Assembly: GCA_965215975.1 (NCBI GenBank)
Contig: OZ244136.1
Span: 1,358,418 to 1,422,417, forward strand
DNA: 64,000 nt
Direction of reading: 5' to 3'
Origin: Dehalococcoidia bacterium
Lineage (GTDB): Bacteria > Chloroflexota > Dehalococcoidia > Lucifugimonadales > UBA3495
Part shown: positions 1 to 9,449 of the stretch, piece after piece
Layout: every line of letters begins with the position of its first letter
How positions within the stretch are numbered: position 1 is the first letter of the stretch
Translations under genes and position numbers: made by a program
The notes under the pieces: generated by a model
The model's database searches: none
Seen by the model: the letters and a program-made list of their open reading frames with translations, nothing else
What the model was told of the DNA's origin: nothing

Positions 1-1154
1 AGATCAGCACAATCATCTGGGTGGAGCCCGATGCGATAGTACGGGTCTTTCCTGACGTGGTGCTTCCCAACCAGCGCATCAATGTGGAGGGCCTTGGCTT
101 CACTCATCGTGACGACCTCGGCGAGATAGCCTCGGTCAGCATCGGCGGCCATGTACTGCACCAGAATCGGATAAACCGCGGCGACGGGCCCAATCTTACG
201 AACTCGGACGGCTATTGGGTCGGGCCGGTCGACCTGCCCATAAACCGCGCCACCACTGTGCCTGGAATCCACATCTTGCGCGTCACTGATCTGAGCGGGC
301 GTGGCGGGTCGGTGAATGTCACCATTCCCCCGCGCGAAGTAACCGTCAGCCCCATTTGGGGCCGCCCCGGATCTATCGTCACAGTCTCTGGCACGGGGTT
401 CCCCGTTCGCAACGACAGCGTTTCCAATGTCAATTTGCAGATCTACTACGAGTTCTCCGAGGGTTACTCCGTGGCCTCTGCGGAAACGTACATTAACGGC
501 AACTTCTCCAAGGAGATAAGACTTCCCCTGAAGACCCCCGCTCCTTCTTCCAATGCCGTTCGGGTTGTTTTCGAGGATGAAGACGGTATCGAGGTCATTA
601 CGACGGCTCGGCACGAGGTGCCCGGCGCCACGGTGCAGTTGAGTCCCATAGCCGGCCCGCCAGGTACGCAAGTGACCCTTACCGGCACCGATTTCCGGCC
701 CTTTGTGCGGGTAACATCAGCCACCATCGGCCAGATTGACGTTGCCCCGGGGCAGTCGGCAACCGCGGACGCCCACGGGGAATTCTCCTTCACGTTTCTG
801 GCCCCCGGCATTGGCGTGGGACGTCAGACGGTCGAGGTTACCGTGGCGGGGGTAACGGCCAGCAGTCCCTTCGATATAACCCTGTCGGGGGTGGTTGCCG
901 GGAACCCGACGCCGGTGGCCGAAGCATTGGAAAGTCTGGGCGACAGCTTTGTTCGTTCCTTCCACTTCGACAACGACGCCAAGTCGTGGAGCTTTTACGA
1001 CCCGCTGTTCCCGGATGAGAGTGACCAGGACTACATGGTGGCCGGAGAAACCTATCTGGTTCTGGTTAGTGAGACGGTGGAGGCGATCCTTAACGGCGAG
1101 ACACGGCAATTGACTTGCCATCAGGGCAATTGCTGGAACCAGGTTGTCTGGTAA
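1..1154 (+). CDS. IPT/TIG-repeat extracytoplasmic protein, 5'-partial (frame 3 is open to the window edge), ending in an ~80-aa two-Cys C-terminal module
   Basis: Three IPT/TIG-like repeats (VRVFPDVVLPNQRINVEGLGFT; VTVSPIWGRPGSIVTVSGTGFP; VQLSPIAGPPGTQVTLTGTDFRP). No stop codon between nt 3 and the GTG at 21. The C-terminus LGDSFVRSFHF...CHQGNCWNQVVW matches the C-terminus of the 2617-3153 protein. Confidence 0.6.
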   Translation, partial: ISTIIWVEPDAIVRVFPDVVLPNQRINVEGLGFTHRDDLGEIASVSIGGHVLHQNRINRGDGPNLTNSDGYWVGPVDLPINRATTVPGIHILRVTDLSGRGGSVNVTIPPREVTVSPIWGRPGSIVTVSGTGFPVRNDSVSNVNLQIYYEFSEGYSVASAETYINGNFSKEIRLPLKTPAPSSNAVRVVFEDEDGIEVITTARHEVPGATVQLSPIAGPPGTQVTLTGTDFRPFVRVTSATIGQIDVAPGQSATADAHGEFSFTFLAPGIGVGRQTVEVTVAGVTASSPFDITLSGVVAGNPTPVAEALESLGDSFVRSFHFDNDAKSWSFYDPLFPDESDQDYMVAGETYLVLVSETVEAILNGETRQLTCHQGNCWNQVVW

Positions 1155-1274
1155 CACGGTGAGAGTCCGGGCCCGCTAGCTTCCGACTCTTCCTCTGCGC
1201 CAAGGAAAATGCCGTCTCTCGGCTAAAATGAGAAAGACGGCGGCGCTGGTTGTAATCCCGTTAACTTGATCCGG

Positions 1275-1919
1275 CTAATTGGCCCGTGCCCGAGGTTCCA
1301 GGACGGTAACCTGCATATTGGGAGGCAGGCTGCTCGTGGTAACCGTCAGGCTGCGCCGTGGCTGCACGTCGCTGCCGCCCATCAATTGCAGAAAAGCGTC
1401 CAGGTTGCCCAGGGGTTCCGTGGACCCGGGAATCTGGTAGTGCATGGGAATTACAATTTTGGGGTCCAGGTCCTGCATCAGTTGCAGAATACGCTCCAGG
1501 TCCAGGGTGCAGCCGCCGCCGGCCGGAGCCAGCAGTATATCTACCGGTTGCAACTCCTCCACCTGGTGCGTGGTCAGGGGCGTGGCGATGTCCCCCAGGT
1601 GGCACACATTGACGTTGTCCATCATTATGGTATAGGCCACGTTTCGTTCCCGCTGGTCCTGACCTTCCTTCAGGGTGGTCATCACTCCCCGGGCGGCAAT
1701 GCCCGAGTACTCATACTCGCCGGGAGAGTCGAATATCGTGGGTGAACCGCCCACCTCCAGCCGGTTGTTGTGGTTGGGGTGAGAGTTGCTGACCGTAACT
1801 ACGGTGGCAGTGCGGCTGTCCGGACGGAGACCGACGGAACCGGGGTAGGGATCTGTTACAACCACCAGGTCTTCGGAACGAAGTCGAAAGCAGGCATGGC
1901 CCATCCAGATAATTTCCAT
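1275..1919 (-). CDS. MBL-fold metal-dependent hydrolase (UPF0173-like)
   Basis: N-terminus MEIIWMGHACFRLRSEDLVVVTDPY and His-rich motifs (SNSHPNHNN, CHLGD) typical of beta-lactamase-fold hydrolases. Only a 2-nt gap to the upstream bioY-like gene on the same strand. Confidence 0.75.
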   Translation of the reverse strand: MEIIWMGHACFRLRSEDLVVVTDPYPGSVGLRPDSRTATVVTVSNSHPNHNNRLEVGGSPTIFDSPGEYEYSGIAARGVMTTLKEGQDQRERNVAYTIMMDNVNVCHLGDIATPLTTHQVEELQPVDILLAPAGGGCTLDLERILQLMQDLDPKIVIPMHYQIPGSTEPLGNLDAFLQLMGGSDVQPRRSLTVTTSSLPPNMQVTVLEPRARAN

Positions 1920-1921
1920 AG

Positions 1922-2557
1922 CTATTTATTGCGCCCCCTCACCAAATTCACCAACTCCCATGCGCCTGGCAGCAACAGGGATGCTGCCACCAGCTTGATC
2001 AAATCTCCGAGAATAAAGGGATACAGCCCCCACTTGAGGGTAGTCGACAGTATCTGGTCATCTGCCACCGAGGGGTCTATCCCCTGTACGAAAAGGGACA
2101 ACTGAATCAGGCCGGGAACATACAGCAAGACGTTGCCTGCCAGCATGGCCAGCAGAATCCACGGCTTGCGGTCCCAGCCTTTTTCCGCGAGCCAGCCCAC
2201 CACAAAGGCAGCTGGAATGAATCCAATGATGTAACCGCCGGACGACAGTCCCCAAACCAGTCCCGAGACGCCTCCGGCATAAAAAGGCAGCACACTGCCG
2301 GCCACCAGGTACAGGACCATGGCGCCGGCTCCGCGCCGGCTGCCCAGGGTGGCGCCCACCAGCAGCACGGCGAAGGTCTGGCCGGTAATGGGAACAGGGG
2401 TGAATCCCAAGGGTATTTTCACCTGGGCCAGCAGGGCCGTAAACAGGCAGCCTGCAATTACCAGCGCTGCGTCCCGTGCCAGTCGCTTCGTCCGGTCGCT
2501 GACGGGTAGAACGGCGTCGGCCAGCACCGGCCATGGTTGTTGTGCATTTGCGTTCAA
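1922..2557 (-). CDS. bioY: Biotin transporter S-component BioY
   Basis: Polytopic membrane protein with BioY-like motifs (VPITGQTFAVLLVGATLG; GGYIIGFIPAAFVVGWLAEKG; LAGNVLLYVPGLIQL). Confidence 0.8.
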   Translation of the reverse strand: MNANAQQPWPVLADAVLPVSDRTKRLARDAALVIAGCLFTALLAQVKIPLGFTPVPITGQTFAVLLVGATLGSRRGAGAMVLYLVAGSVLPFYAGGVSGLVWGLSSGGYIIGFIPAAFVVGWLAEKGWDRKPWILLAMLAGNVLLYVPGLIQLSLFVQGIDPSVADDQILSTTLKWGLYPFILGDLIKLVAASLLLPGAWELVNLVRGRNK

Positions 2558-2616
2558 TGGCTTTACCTAACACCAGAAATTGGGCTATTACCTGCTGCAT
2601 CAAGTCCGGCCAAGAG

Positions 2617-3153
2617 TCAGGGCCAGACTACCGTGTTCCAGCAATCGTCGTTGCTGCAGACCAGTTCCAGACGCTGCCCGTAAGTTTCTACGGTAATGGA
2701 TTCACTCACCAGAATCAAATAGGTCTGGCCGGAAACCATGGCCTTCAGCGAGCCTTCTTCGGGAACTTCGGGGTCGTAGTAGACCCAACTCTTGGTAGCG
2801 CCGACAAAGTGGAAAGCTCTGACAAACTTGTCTCCCAATGGCGCTACTGCCTCGGCTACCGGCGTTAACGTTGGCTGGTTGGAAAGGACTTCCCTGGTTG
2901 CTGTAGTTTCCTGCTCGGGCTGTGCCACATTGCCTGCCGTAGCTGACATTGCCCTGACCGGCGCCGAGCCCTGGGTAACTTGCAGGTCTGCCTGTTCGCT
3001 GCCGGGCCCTGCTGGGTAACTGTAGGTTGCCGGGTTTGGCATTGCCACGCCGGATGCGGTCGGTTGCATGTACACCGCCACGGCTGCAACAAGAGCAACC
3101 GCAAAAATCGCGCCCACCACTATCAGTGCGGCGACACTCTTTCCTTTTGCCAT
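2617..3153 (-). CDS. N-terminally membrane-anchored protein with the same C-terminal two-Cys module as the 1-1154 protein
   Basis: N-terminal TM helix (AALIVVGAIFAVALVAAVAVY) followed by a low-complexity linker. C-terminal 81 aa align gaplessly with 42/81 identities to the C-terminus of the IPT/TIG protein. Confidence 0.6.
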   Translation of the reverse strand: MAKGKSVAALIVVGAIFAVALVAAVAVYMQPTASGVAMPNPATYSYPAGPGSEQADLQVTQGSAPVRAMSATAGNVAQPEQETTATREVLSNQPTLTPVAEAVAPLGDKFVRAFHFVGATKSWVYYDPEVPEEGSLKAMVSGQTYLILVSESITVETYGQRLELVCSNDDCWNTVVWP

Positions 3154-3348
3154 CGTTGTTATTTCAATCCTGTCAAAGCCAACGGCAAGTATAAATTGCT
3201 ACGGCAAACGGGTCAACGCTTGACAGCAAATTTAGGCCCGTGCTAACGTCGCATTGAAGGTCGCTGCAATGTAGACCGTTTGGTTGGTAACCCCTGAATC
3301 CCGACACCCATTCGAAAGCGTATATTAGAGTAATACTCAGTTGGCTTC

Positions 3349-4395
3349 TTGGGGAATGCAATGCTTACCCATCGCGCTGGCAGCGTATTAAATATCCTGG
3401 TTAACGAATACATTAGCACCGCCAACCCTGTGGCGTCGGAAGAGATTGCCCGGCTTTCACCTACCAAGGTGAGTCCGGCCACGGTCCGTAACGCCATGTC
3501 CCTTCTTACCGAGGAGGGCTATATCTCCAGGCCCCATGTGTCTGCCGGCGCGGTCCCGTCAGACCGGGGATACCGTTACTACGTGGAAGCCCTGGAAGAG
3601 GTGCCGCCACTGCCCGACAGTGTGCAGCAGCAAATTCACCAGCACTTTGACCATGCCGATGCCGATCTTGCCGAACTGAGCCGCCGCTGCGCTCTCATTC
3701 TGTCGCGCATCGCCACCAACATGGCAATTGTCACGGTGCCGCAGTCCCGCTCGTCTCGGCTCAAGCACATCCAGCTGGTTTACCTGGATGAGGCCACCGC
3801 CCTGTTGATAATAGTCCTCCAGGAGGCCCGCCTGCTTCGGCGCCTGCTGCCCCTGGAAGAACCCACCGATCAGGACTCGCTGACCCAGGTAGCCAACTTC
3901 CTTAACGACCGCTTCAGTGGCCATAATCGCGCCGAGATAGCGGCTTCCCAAGGCGAACTTGGCCCCCTGGAAGAGCGGGTCAGGCAGAGCGCCCTGTCCC
4001 TGCTGCAGGAGGCTGAAACTTACTCCATACCCGAACACTACGTTGACGGCCTGCGCTGGTTGCTCAACCAGCCGGAGATGTCCCAGGGCAGCCAGGCCCG
4101 GGAACTGGTGGAACTGCTGGAGGAACAGGTTCTGCTGGGCAGCGTCTTGTCGGAGCAGCCCGATACGGGGGATATCGCCGTATTCATCGGCGGGGAAAAC
4201 TCGGACGAGCACCTGCGCCCCTTTGGCGTCATCCTGTGCCAGTACGGGATACCCCAGCAGGCCAGCGGCACTATCTGCGTCATTGGCCCCACCCGCATGA
4301 GCTACGCCGACACCATTAGCGGCGTAGGCTTTCTCTCTTCCCTGATGAGCCGTCTGGTGCTGGAACTCTACGGCGGCCGCGCCGGCAGCGGGTGA
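3349..4395 (+). CDS. hrcA: Heat-inducible transcription repressor HrcA
   Basis: N-terminal winged-helix region (RAGSVLNILVNEYISTANPVASEEIAR...VSPATVRNAMSLLTEEGYISRPHVSAG.VPSDRGYRYYV) and HrcA-type C-terminal domain. Alternative ATG start at 3361. Confidence 0.88.
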   Translation: MGNAMLTHRAGSVLNILVNEYISTANPVASEEIARLSPTKVSPATVRNAMSLLTEEGYISRPHVSAGAVPSDRGYRYYVEALEEVPPLPDSVQQQIHQHFDHADADLAELSRRCALILSRIATNMAIVTVPQSRSSRLKHIQLVYLDEATALLIIVLQEARLLRRLLPLEEPTDQDSLTQVANFLNDRFSGHNRAEIAASQGELGPLEERVRQSALSLLQEAETYSIPEHYVDGLRWLLNQPEMSQGSQARELVELLEEQVLLGSVLSEQPDTGDIAVFIGGENSDEHLRPFGVILCQYGIPQQASGTICVIGPTRMSYADTISGVGFLSSLMSRLVLELYGGRAGSG

Positions 4396-4432
4396 GGGGT
4401 GTGCCCAATAAAGACAGCAATTTACTGAAAAT

Positions 4433-4463
4433 GGGCGGGTATCATACCCGCCCTGTCTATTTT
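4433..4463 (+). terminator. Rho-independent terminator downstream of hrcA
   Basis: GGGCGGGTA-tca-TACCCGCCC stem (4433-4453) followed by tgtctATTTT. The outer arms CTGAAAAT/ATTTTCAG extend the palindrome, so it may act bidirectionally. Confidence 0.7.
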
Positions 4464-4551
4464 CAGAACTGGGTCGATAGTTTCCGGCCCCCCGCCAATT
4501 AGACACCCGTGTGATAAACTATTCCTAAAGACGTCATCAACCGAGTGCCCC

Positions 4552-6378
4552 ATGCCTGTAACCAACGAAGAAATAGCGGAACTCTTCGAGAGTATGGCGA
4601 CCCTTCTGGAAATGAAGGGCGATACCGTGTTCAAGATTCGTGCCTACCAGCGTGCCGCCCGTACCATCAGCCACCTTTCCTTCTCCCTGGAACAGGCAAT
4701 CAGGGACGACGTGGACCTGAAGAATATACCCGGCATTGGTAAGGCTATCAGCGAAAAGACCCAGGAGTACCTGGAAACCGGGCGGGTCAGGGCTTATGAA
4801 GAACTGATTGGCGAGTTGCCCGACGGTGTTCTTACGTTGATGACCATCCCCGGCATCGGCTCCAAGACGGCCATGCTGATAACCCAGGAACTGGGCATCA
4901 GCACTGTCGAAGGCATCGAAAAGGCCATCCACGAAGGCACCCTGGCGGCCCTGCCCCGCATGGGACAGCGCACTGCGGACAACATCCTCCGCCACATCCA
5001 GTCCATGCGCACCAAGGATGGCCGAACGCCCATCGGTCAGGCACTGGCTGTGGCCGAAGCAACCGTTTCCGCCCTGCGTGCTGAATGTCCCTACGTCGAG
5101 CAGCTTTATCCCGCCGGAAGCCTGCGTCGCTGGGAGGAGACCATCGGCGACATTGACCTGGTCGGTGTGGCTCCCGAGGACCTGCAGTCCGGCGTTGGCG
5201 ATGTCCTGGTTGAGTTGCCTTCGGTGCAGGAGGTGCTGGTCCATGGCCCCAGGAAGACCAGCGTCGTGCTGGAGGAGGGTATCCAGGTGGACCTGCGCCT
5301 GGGTGACGCCGACGCATTCGGCGCCATGCTCCAGTATTTCTCCGGCAGCCAGCAGCACAATATCCGCCTTCGCGAATATGCCAACCGCAGGGGCTTTTCC
5401 CTGAACGAGTACGGCATTACCAACCTGGCCTCAGGCGATGTGGCGCGCTTGCCCGATGAAGGCTCGTTTTACGAATACCTGGGCCTGCCCTACATTGCCC
5501 CGGAGTTGCGGATTGGACTGAACGAACTGGACGCGGCCCAGGCCGGCGCCCTCCCCAACCTGGTAACCGAGGCCGACTTGAAGGGCGACCTCCACCTGCA
5601 CAGTGAATGGAGCGACGGCCGAGACCCCATTGAGCGAATGATCGAAGCGGCGGTAGAGCAGGGCTATCAGTACATGGCCCTGACCGACCACTCTTCCGGC
5701 CGGGGCATTGCCAACGGCCTCTCCAACGAGCGGTTGGTGGAGCAGATGGGCATCCTTCGGGACCTTCAGTCCCAATACCCCATCACCATTCTCTGTGGCT
5801 CCGAAGTGGACATCCGCGCCGACGGCACCCTGGACTACCCCGACGAGCTGTTGGCCGAGCTGGACGTGGTGGTGGCATCGGTGCATTCGGCTATGGGCCA
5901 GGACAGCGACACCATGACCCAGCGTATCATCCGGGCCATGGAGCATCCCTCGGTGACCATAATTGGCCACGCCTCCACTCGCCTGTTGAGTCGTCGTCAG
6001 CCCGTTCAGTTCGACATCGAGGCCCTGCTGCGGGCCGCCAGGGAAACGGGTACGGCCATGGAGGTTAACTCTGCGCCCGAACGTATGGACTTGAAAGACA
6101 CCCACGCCCACCGCGCCCGGGAACTGGGCGTCCCGCTGGCCATCAACACCGATTCCCACCATTTCACCAGCCTGGGCCAGCGGCGCTTCGGAGTGGCCAT
6201 TGCCCGACGCGCCTGGTGCGAGTCCCGCCACATTCTGAACACCTTGCCCCTGGACCAGTTTCTTGCTTACATCCGCACCCCCAAGCCGCATCGGCTGGAG
6301 ATCTTCGAGTCCCGTACCGACTCCGCCGCAACCGTTACAACCTCCACCAGCTTTTCCAACCCGCCGGCAGCGCCATGA
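4552..6378 (+). CDS. polX: DNA polymerase/3'-5' exonuclease PolX (Pol beta-like domain + PHP domain)
   Basis: N-terminus NEEIAELFESMATLLEMKGDTVFKIRAYQRAARTI, HhH motifs (IPGIGKAISEK, IPGIGSKTA), nucleotidyltransferase GDIDLV, and PHP motifs DLHLHSEWSDG and ALTDHS. Confidence 0.9.
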   Translation: MPVTNEEIAELFESMATLLEMKGDTVFKIRAYQRAARTISHLSFSLEQAIRDDVDLKNIPGIGKAISEKTQEYLETGRVRAYEELIGELPDGVLTLMTIPGIGSKTAMLITQELGISTVEGIEKAIHEGTLAALPRMGQRTADNILRHIQSMRTKDGRTPIGQALAVAEATVSALRAECPYVEQLYPAGSLRRWEETIGDIDLVGVAPEDLQSGVGDVLVELPSVQEVLVHGPRKTSVVLEEGIQVDLRLGDADAFGAMLQYFSGSQQHNIRLREYANRRGFSLNEYGITNLASGDVARLPDEGSFYEYLGLPYIAPELRIGLNELDAAQAGALPNLVTEADLKGDLHLHSEWSDGRDPIERMIEAAVEQGYQYMALTDHSSGRGIANGLSNERLVEQMGILRDLQSQYPITILCGSEVDIRADGTLDYPDELLAELDVVVASVHSAMGQDSDTMTQRIIRAMEHPSVTIIGHASTRLLSRRQPVQFDIEALLRAARETGTAMEVNSAPERMDLKDTHAHRARELGVPLAINTDSHHFTSLGQRRFGVAIARRAWCESRHILNTLPLDQFLAYIRTPKPHRLEIFESRTDSAATVTTSTSFSNPPAAP

Positions 6379-7175
6379 CTCAAGACCCTCGGCATAGCAG
6401 CGTACCCGGAAACGCCCCACCTGGAGAAAGCAGCGGTTATGCCGAAGGTGCAGACAATGGCTCTTTCATCTTTGAAGGAACCACCGGCTTACTGGTAGAA
6501 ACTGCCCCCGAGGCTGTTATCCACCTTCGATTGGCGGTACGCTCCGGGGCGCCTTGGACGCGCTCCCTGCTGGAGGCCGTTGGGCTTTGGACTGCTCCCC
6601 AGGAGGTTTACCAGGACCGTACCTACCGCTACCTGGTTGCCGGTGAAGCCCTTGACTGGCTAACCCTGGCGGAACGTCTCTGCCCTGAAATTGAAGACTT
6701 TATCCCTCCCGTCGACCTGGAGCGACTATTGTTTGAGGGGGGCCTTCCGGAAGACGTTACCCCCGAGGAATTCAAAAACTGGATGGGTGGCAACAAGCAC
6801 CGGGCCTACCTCAATTACTGGTACGGCGTGGTGGTGGAGGAAGCCCTGCAGCAGGCGGTGGAGGACGATGTGCGCAAGCGGGAGAAGGCCCGTTGCTACC
6901 CCGACCACGAGGACATGGTGGAGGAGGCCTTTACTCACCTCTACGCCAAGCCCCGCGCCCAACTGTTGAAGGAATTTCGCAAAGAGGCGAAAATTGCCAG
7001 TCACGAACCCCTGTCCCTGGCCGACTGCAAGGAATTCACCTACTGGCTCTCCAAGCTCCGATTCAACCTCTGGGACCCCGCACGGGTCGCCAGCGACACC
7101 CGCAAGGGCATGCGCTACCTGAACCACCTGGAACAGGTCCCCGGGCCATTATTGGCCGAGGAAGTGGGGGTTTAG
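6375..7175 (+). CDS. Hypothetical protein, translationally coupled to polX
   Basis: The ATG at 6375 overlaps the polX TGA (ATGA at 6375-6378). The track ORF start at 6216 would overlap polX by 160 nt. No family recognised. Confidence 0.55.
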   Translation: MTQDPRHSSVPGNAPPGESSGYAEGADNGSFIFEGTTGLLVETAPEAVIHLRLAVRSGAPWTRSLLEAVGLWTAPQEVYQDRTYRYLVAGEALDWLTLAERLCPEIEDFIPPVDLERLLFEGGLPEDVTPEEFKNWMGGNKHRAYLNYWYGVVVEEALQQAVEDDVRKREKARCYPDHEDMVEEAFTHLYAKPRAQLLKEFRKEAKIASHEPLSLADCKEFTYWLSKLRFNLWDPARVASDTRKGMRYLNHLEQVPGPLLAEEVGV

Positions 7176-7419
7176 GCGGGTCTTAGTGTGGTTCGGGATT
7201 CCGACCTTGTCATTCGGTATTCCTCAAGAGTACGACTACACCAGACTTGGCTGCCCAAGGGACAGGCAGGTTGGCGGGCGCCATTCCTCAGGAGTAAAAC
7301 CGCCTGGTTCAGTCTTCCAGGCACGGTCACGGCGACGGTCAATCACCTTTTATGCTCCCTTGCCAGTCCCTCGACGGTAGAGGTTCCTGATATTCCCACC
7401 ATCTCTCTCCCCCAACGTA

Positions 7420-7448
7420 TTGAAAACCCTGCCCTTCCCGTCTAAAAT
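7420..7448 (+). promoter_or_regulatory. Candidate sigma70-type promoter for rpsA
   Basis: TTGAAA (7420-7425), 17-nt spacer, TAAAAT (7443-7448), about 100 nt upstream of the rpsA start. Confidence 0.45.
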
Positions 7449-7551
7449 CTGCTGGGCCCAGTTGGATTTAGATCGGAAAAATTTAACGAACGGGGTGACC
7501 CTGGGTTAAGCGCAAAGTCCCCTTCCAACTGCGGCAGGAGTAAACCCCAGA

Positions 7552-8661
7552 ATGGTAAGCAGCGATATGGTAAGCAGCGAAAACGATAACATCTTGACTA
7601 TGGCAGATTTCTCTGAGCAGGACTTATCCCCTCGGAGATACCAACGCGGCGAAGTCGTAGCGGGTGAAGTGGTGCGGGTGGATGACGACGGCATCGTAGT
7701 CAGCATCGGCCTCAAGACCGAGGGCATTGTCCCTCCCCATGAGATGAGGACTTTGGATCAAGAGGATAAAGAACAGTTGCATCCCGGGGATACTGTAATG
7801 GTAACGGTGAAGGGCGGCCGGGGCCCCGGCGATATGGCCCTCCTGTCTCTCGACCAGGCCAAGGAGGAACAGGGCTGGGTGGAACTGTTGACGCATTCCA
7901 AAGACGGAACCACGATAACTGCCCGGATGATGGACCAGAACCGGGGCGGCGTCGTGGTCAACTTCATGGGCATAAGGGGCTTTGTGCCCTTTTCCCAGTT
8001 GGCTCCGGTGCCCAGCGAATCCCGTGAGCAGGCCATTTCCGAGCGCATGGGGCAGGAATACCCCTTCCACATACTTGAAGTGGACCAGGGCAGGGAACGG
8101 CTGGTCCTCTCCGAACGCGCCATCTGGCAGAAGCTGCAGGACGAAGTACGGGACCAGTTCATAGCCGAACTGGAAGAGGGCAGCCGCGTCACCGGCAAGG
8201 TTACCTCCATCCGCGGCTTTGGCGCCTTCGTGAACCTTGGCAAGGCCGAGGGGTTGGTGCATATCTCCGAGCTGTCCTGGGCTCGCGTAAAAGGGCCGGA
8301 AGAAGTCGTAAGCGTGGGACAGGAGTTGGAAGTCCAGGTCTTGAAAGTGGACCCGGAAAGCAAGCGCATCAGCCTGAGTTTGAAGCGCACCTTGCCCGAA
8401 CCCTGGGAGAGTGTGCCCGAACGCTACAACGTGGGCGAGATTGTAGACGGCACGGTAACTCGCCTGGCTGACTTCGGCGCCTTTGTCCGGCTGGAAGACT
8501 GGGTCGAGGGTCTGGTTCATATCTCCGAACTCTCCCCCCGACAGGTCAAGAACCCCAGCGAGTGCGTGTACGTCAACCAGCAGGTACGGGTGATGATTCT
8601 GGACATCGACCCGGAAAAGCGGCGCATCAGCCTAAGCTATAAGAAGGCATTTGGGATGTAG
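7552..8661 (+). CDS. rpsA: 30S ribosomal protein S1 (four S1 domains)
   Basis: Four S1/OB repeats (GEVVAGEVVRVDDDGIVVSIG; RGGVVVNFMGIRGFVPFSQL; GSRVTGKVTSIRGFGAFVNLGKAEGLVHISEL; GEIVDGTVTRLADFGAFVRLEDWVEGLVHISEL). Start is uncertain (in-frame ATGs at 7552, 7567 and 7600). Confidence 0.88.
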   Translation: MVSSDMVSSENDNILTMADFSEQDLSPRRYQRGEVVAGEVVRVDDDGIVVSIGLKTEGIVPPHEMRTLDQEDKEQLHPGDTVMVTVKGGRGPGDMALLSLDQAKEEQGWVELLTHSKDGTTITARMMDQNRGGVVVNFMGIRGFVPFSQLAPVPSESREQAISERMGQEYPFHILEVDQGRERLVLSERAIWQKLQDEVRDQFIAELEEGSRVTGKVTSIRGFGAFVNLGKAEGLVHISELSWARVKGPEEVVSVGQELEVQVLKVDPESKRISLSLKRTLPEPWESVPERYNVGEIVDGTVTRLADFGAFVRLEDWVEGLVHISELSPRQVKNPSECVYVNQQVRVMILDIDPEKRRISLSYKKAFGM

Positions 8662-8666
8662 AGACT

Positions 8667-9449
8667 ATGGTAGCCGAGGACGCGGAACAGACTCCCGAAG
8701 CACAACCTGCCGAAAACGGTGAGGGTTCGACTCAGGACGCGGAAAACCAGCCAGCCCCCCAGGAACTGGGTCGGGTGGAAAGACCTCCGGCTGATCAGTT
8801 CCGGGGCAAGCGCCGCCTGTTGTTGGTGCCCTTAATGTTCGCCCCTCCGGCGGACCCGGAAGGGGAAGAGTCCGAGGGCCAGGCCATCTACCAAAGGTAC
8901 TCGGAACAGGTCCGTACCCAGATTGACGCGCTCGCCGCCGGTTTGGGTGGACTGCACCGCATCTACCACGAAAGCCTGGTGGAAGGCGGTGAGGAGGGGC
9001 TGTCCTACCTGCAAATGGCCGACCGCCAAGCCCACGCGATGATCCAGCTACAGTGCCAGGCCGGGGCCACCCTGGAGGCCACCGAGAGCATCGACCTGTT
9101 GCTGGAAACCATGGACTTGCAACGCTGCCTTATGATCCCCCTTGCCAGCGAAGTGGTTGCGACCCAATTGCAGGAATGGCTGGCCAACAGCACCCACAAC
9201 CGCTACGAGCACATCGCTCAGCAAATCGACCAGACCCTCCAGCCCGACGAAACGGGCCTGCTGCTAATCAACGAACGCCACCAGGTCCAGTTCCCCACCG
9301 ACATAGAGGTCTTCTACATAGCCCCGCCGGCCCTGGACGAATACCGCCGCTGGGTCCAGAACTGGGCCGCGAGGCAGCAAAGGGCCGCGGAAGAGGGGAT
9401 GGCGCAAGGGGAGGGGGCTGATGAGCATGGGTCGGAGGAAAGCGGCTAG
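8667..9449 (+). CDS. Hypothetical acidic protein
   Basis: Coding-like ORF 5 nt after rpsA with high-GC codon usage like its neighbours. No family recognised. Confidence 0.5.
   Translation: MVAEDAEQTPEAQPAENGEGSTQDAENQPAPQELGRVERPPADQFRGKRRLLLVPLMFAPPADPEGEESEGQAIYQRYSEQVRTQIDALAAGLGGLHRIYHESLVEGGEEGLSYLQMADRQAHAMIQLQCQAGATLEATESIDLLLETMDLQRCLMIPLASEVVATQLQEWLANSTHNRYEHIAQQIDQTLQPDETGLLLINERHQVQFPTDIEVFYIAPPALDEYRRWVQNWAARQQRAAEEGMAQGEGADEHGSEESG

Noticed and set aside
3300-3348. Possible CIRCE operator upstream of hrcA (TTAGAGTAATACTCA)
   Set aside because: It contains only a 5-1-5 palindrome (GAGTA-A-TACTC). It does not match TTAGCACTC-N9-GAGTGCTAA in sequence or spacing, and no CIRCE-like site was seen elsewhere in the window.
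6216-6374. Extended N-terminus (track start 6216) for the gene downstream of polX
   Set aside because: It would overlap the polX coding region by about 160 nt in another frame. The ATG at 6375 forms a classic ATGA stop/start overlap instead.
7188-7206. tRNA-like T-arm (GTGGTTCGGGATTCCGACC) in the spacer upstream of rpsA
   Set aside because: No 5-bp stem flanks a TTCGAAT-type loop, and no acceptor, D or anticodon arms can be built around it.
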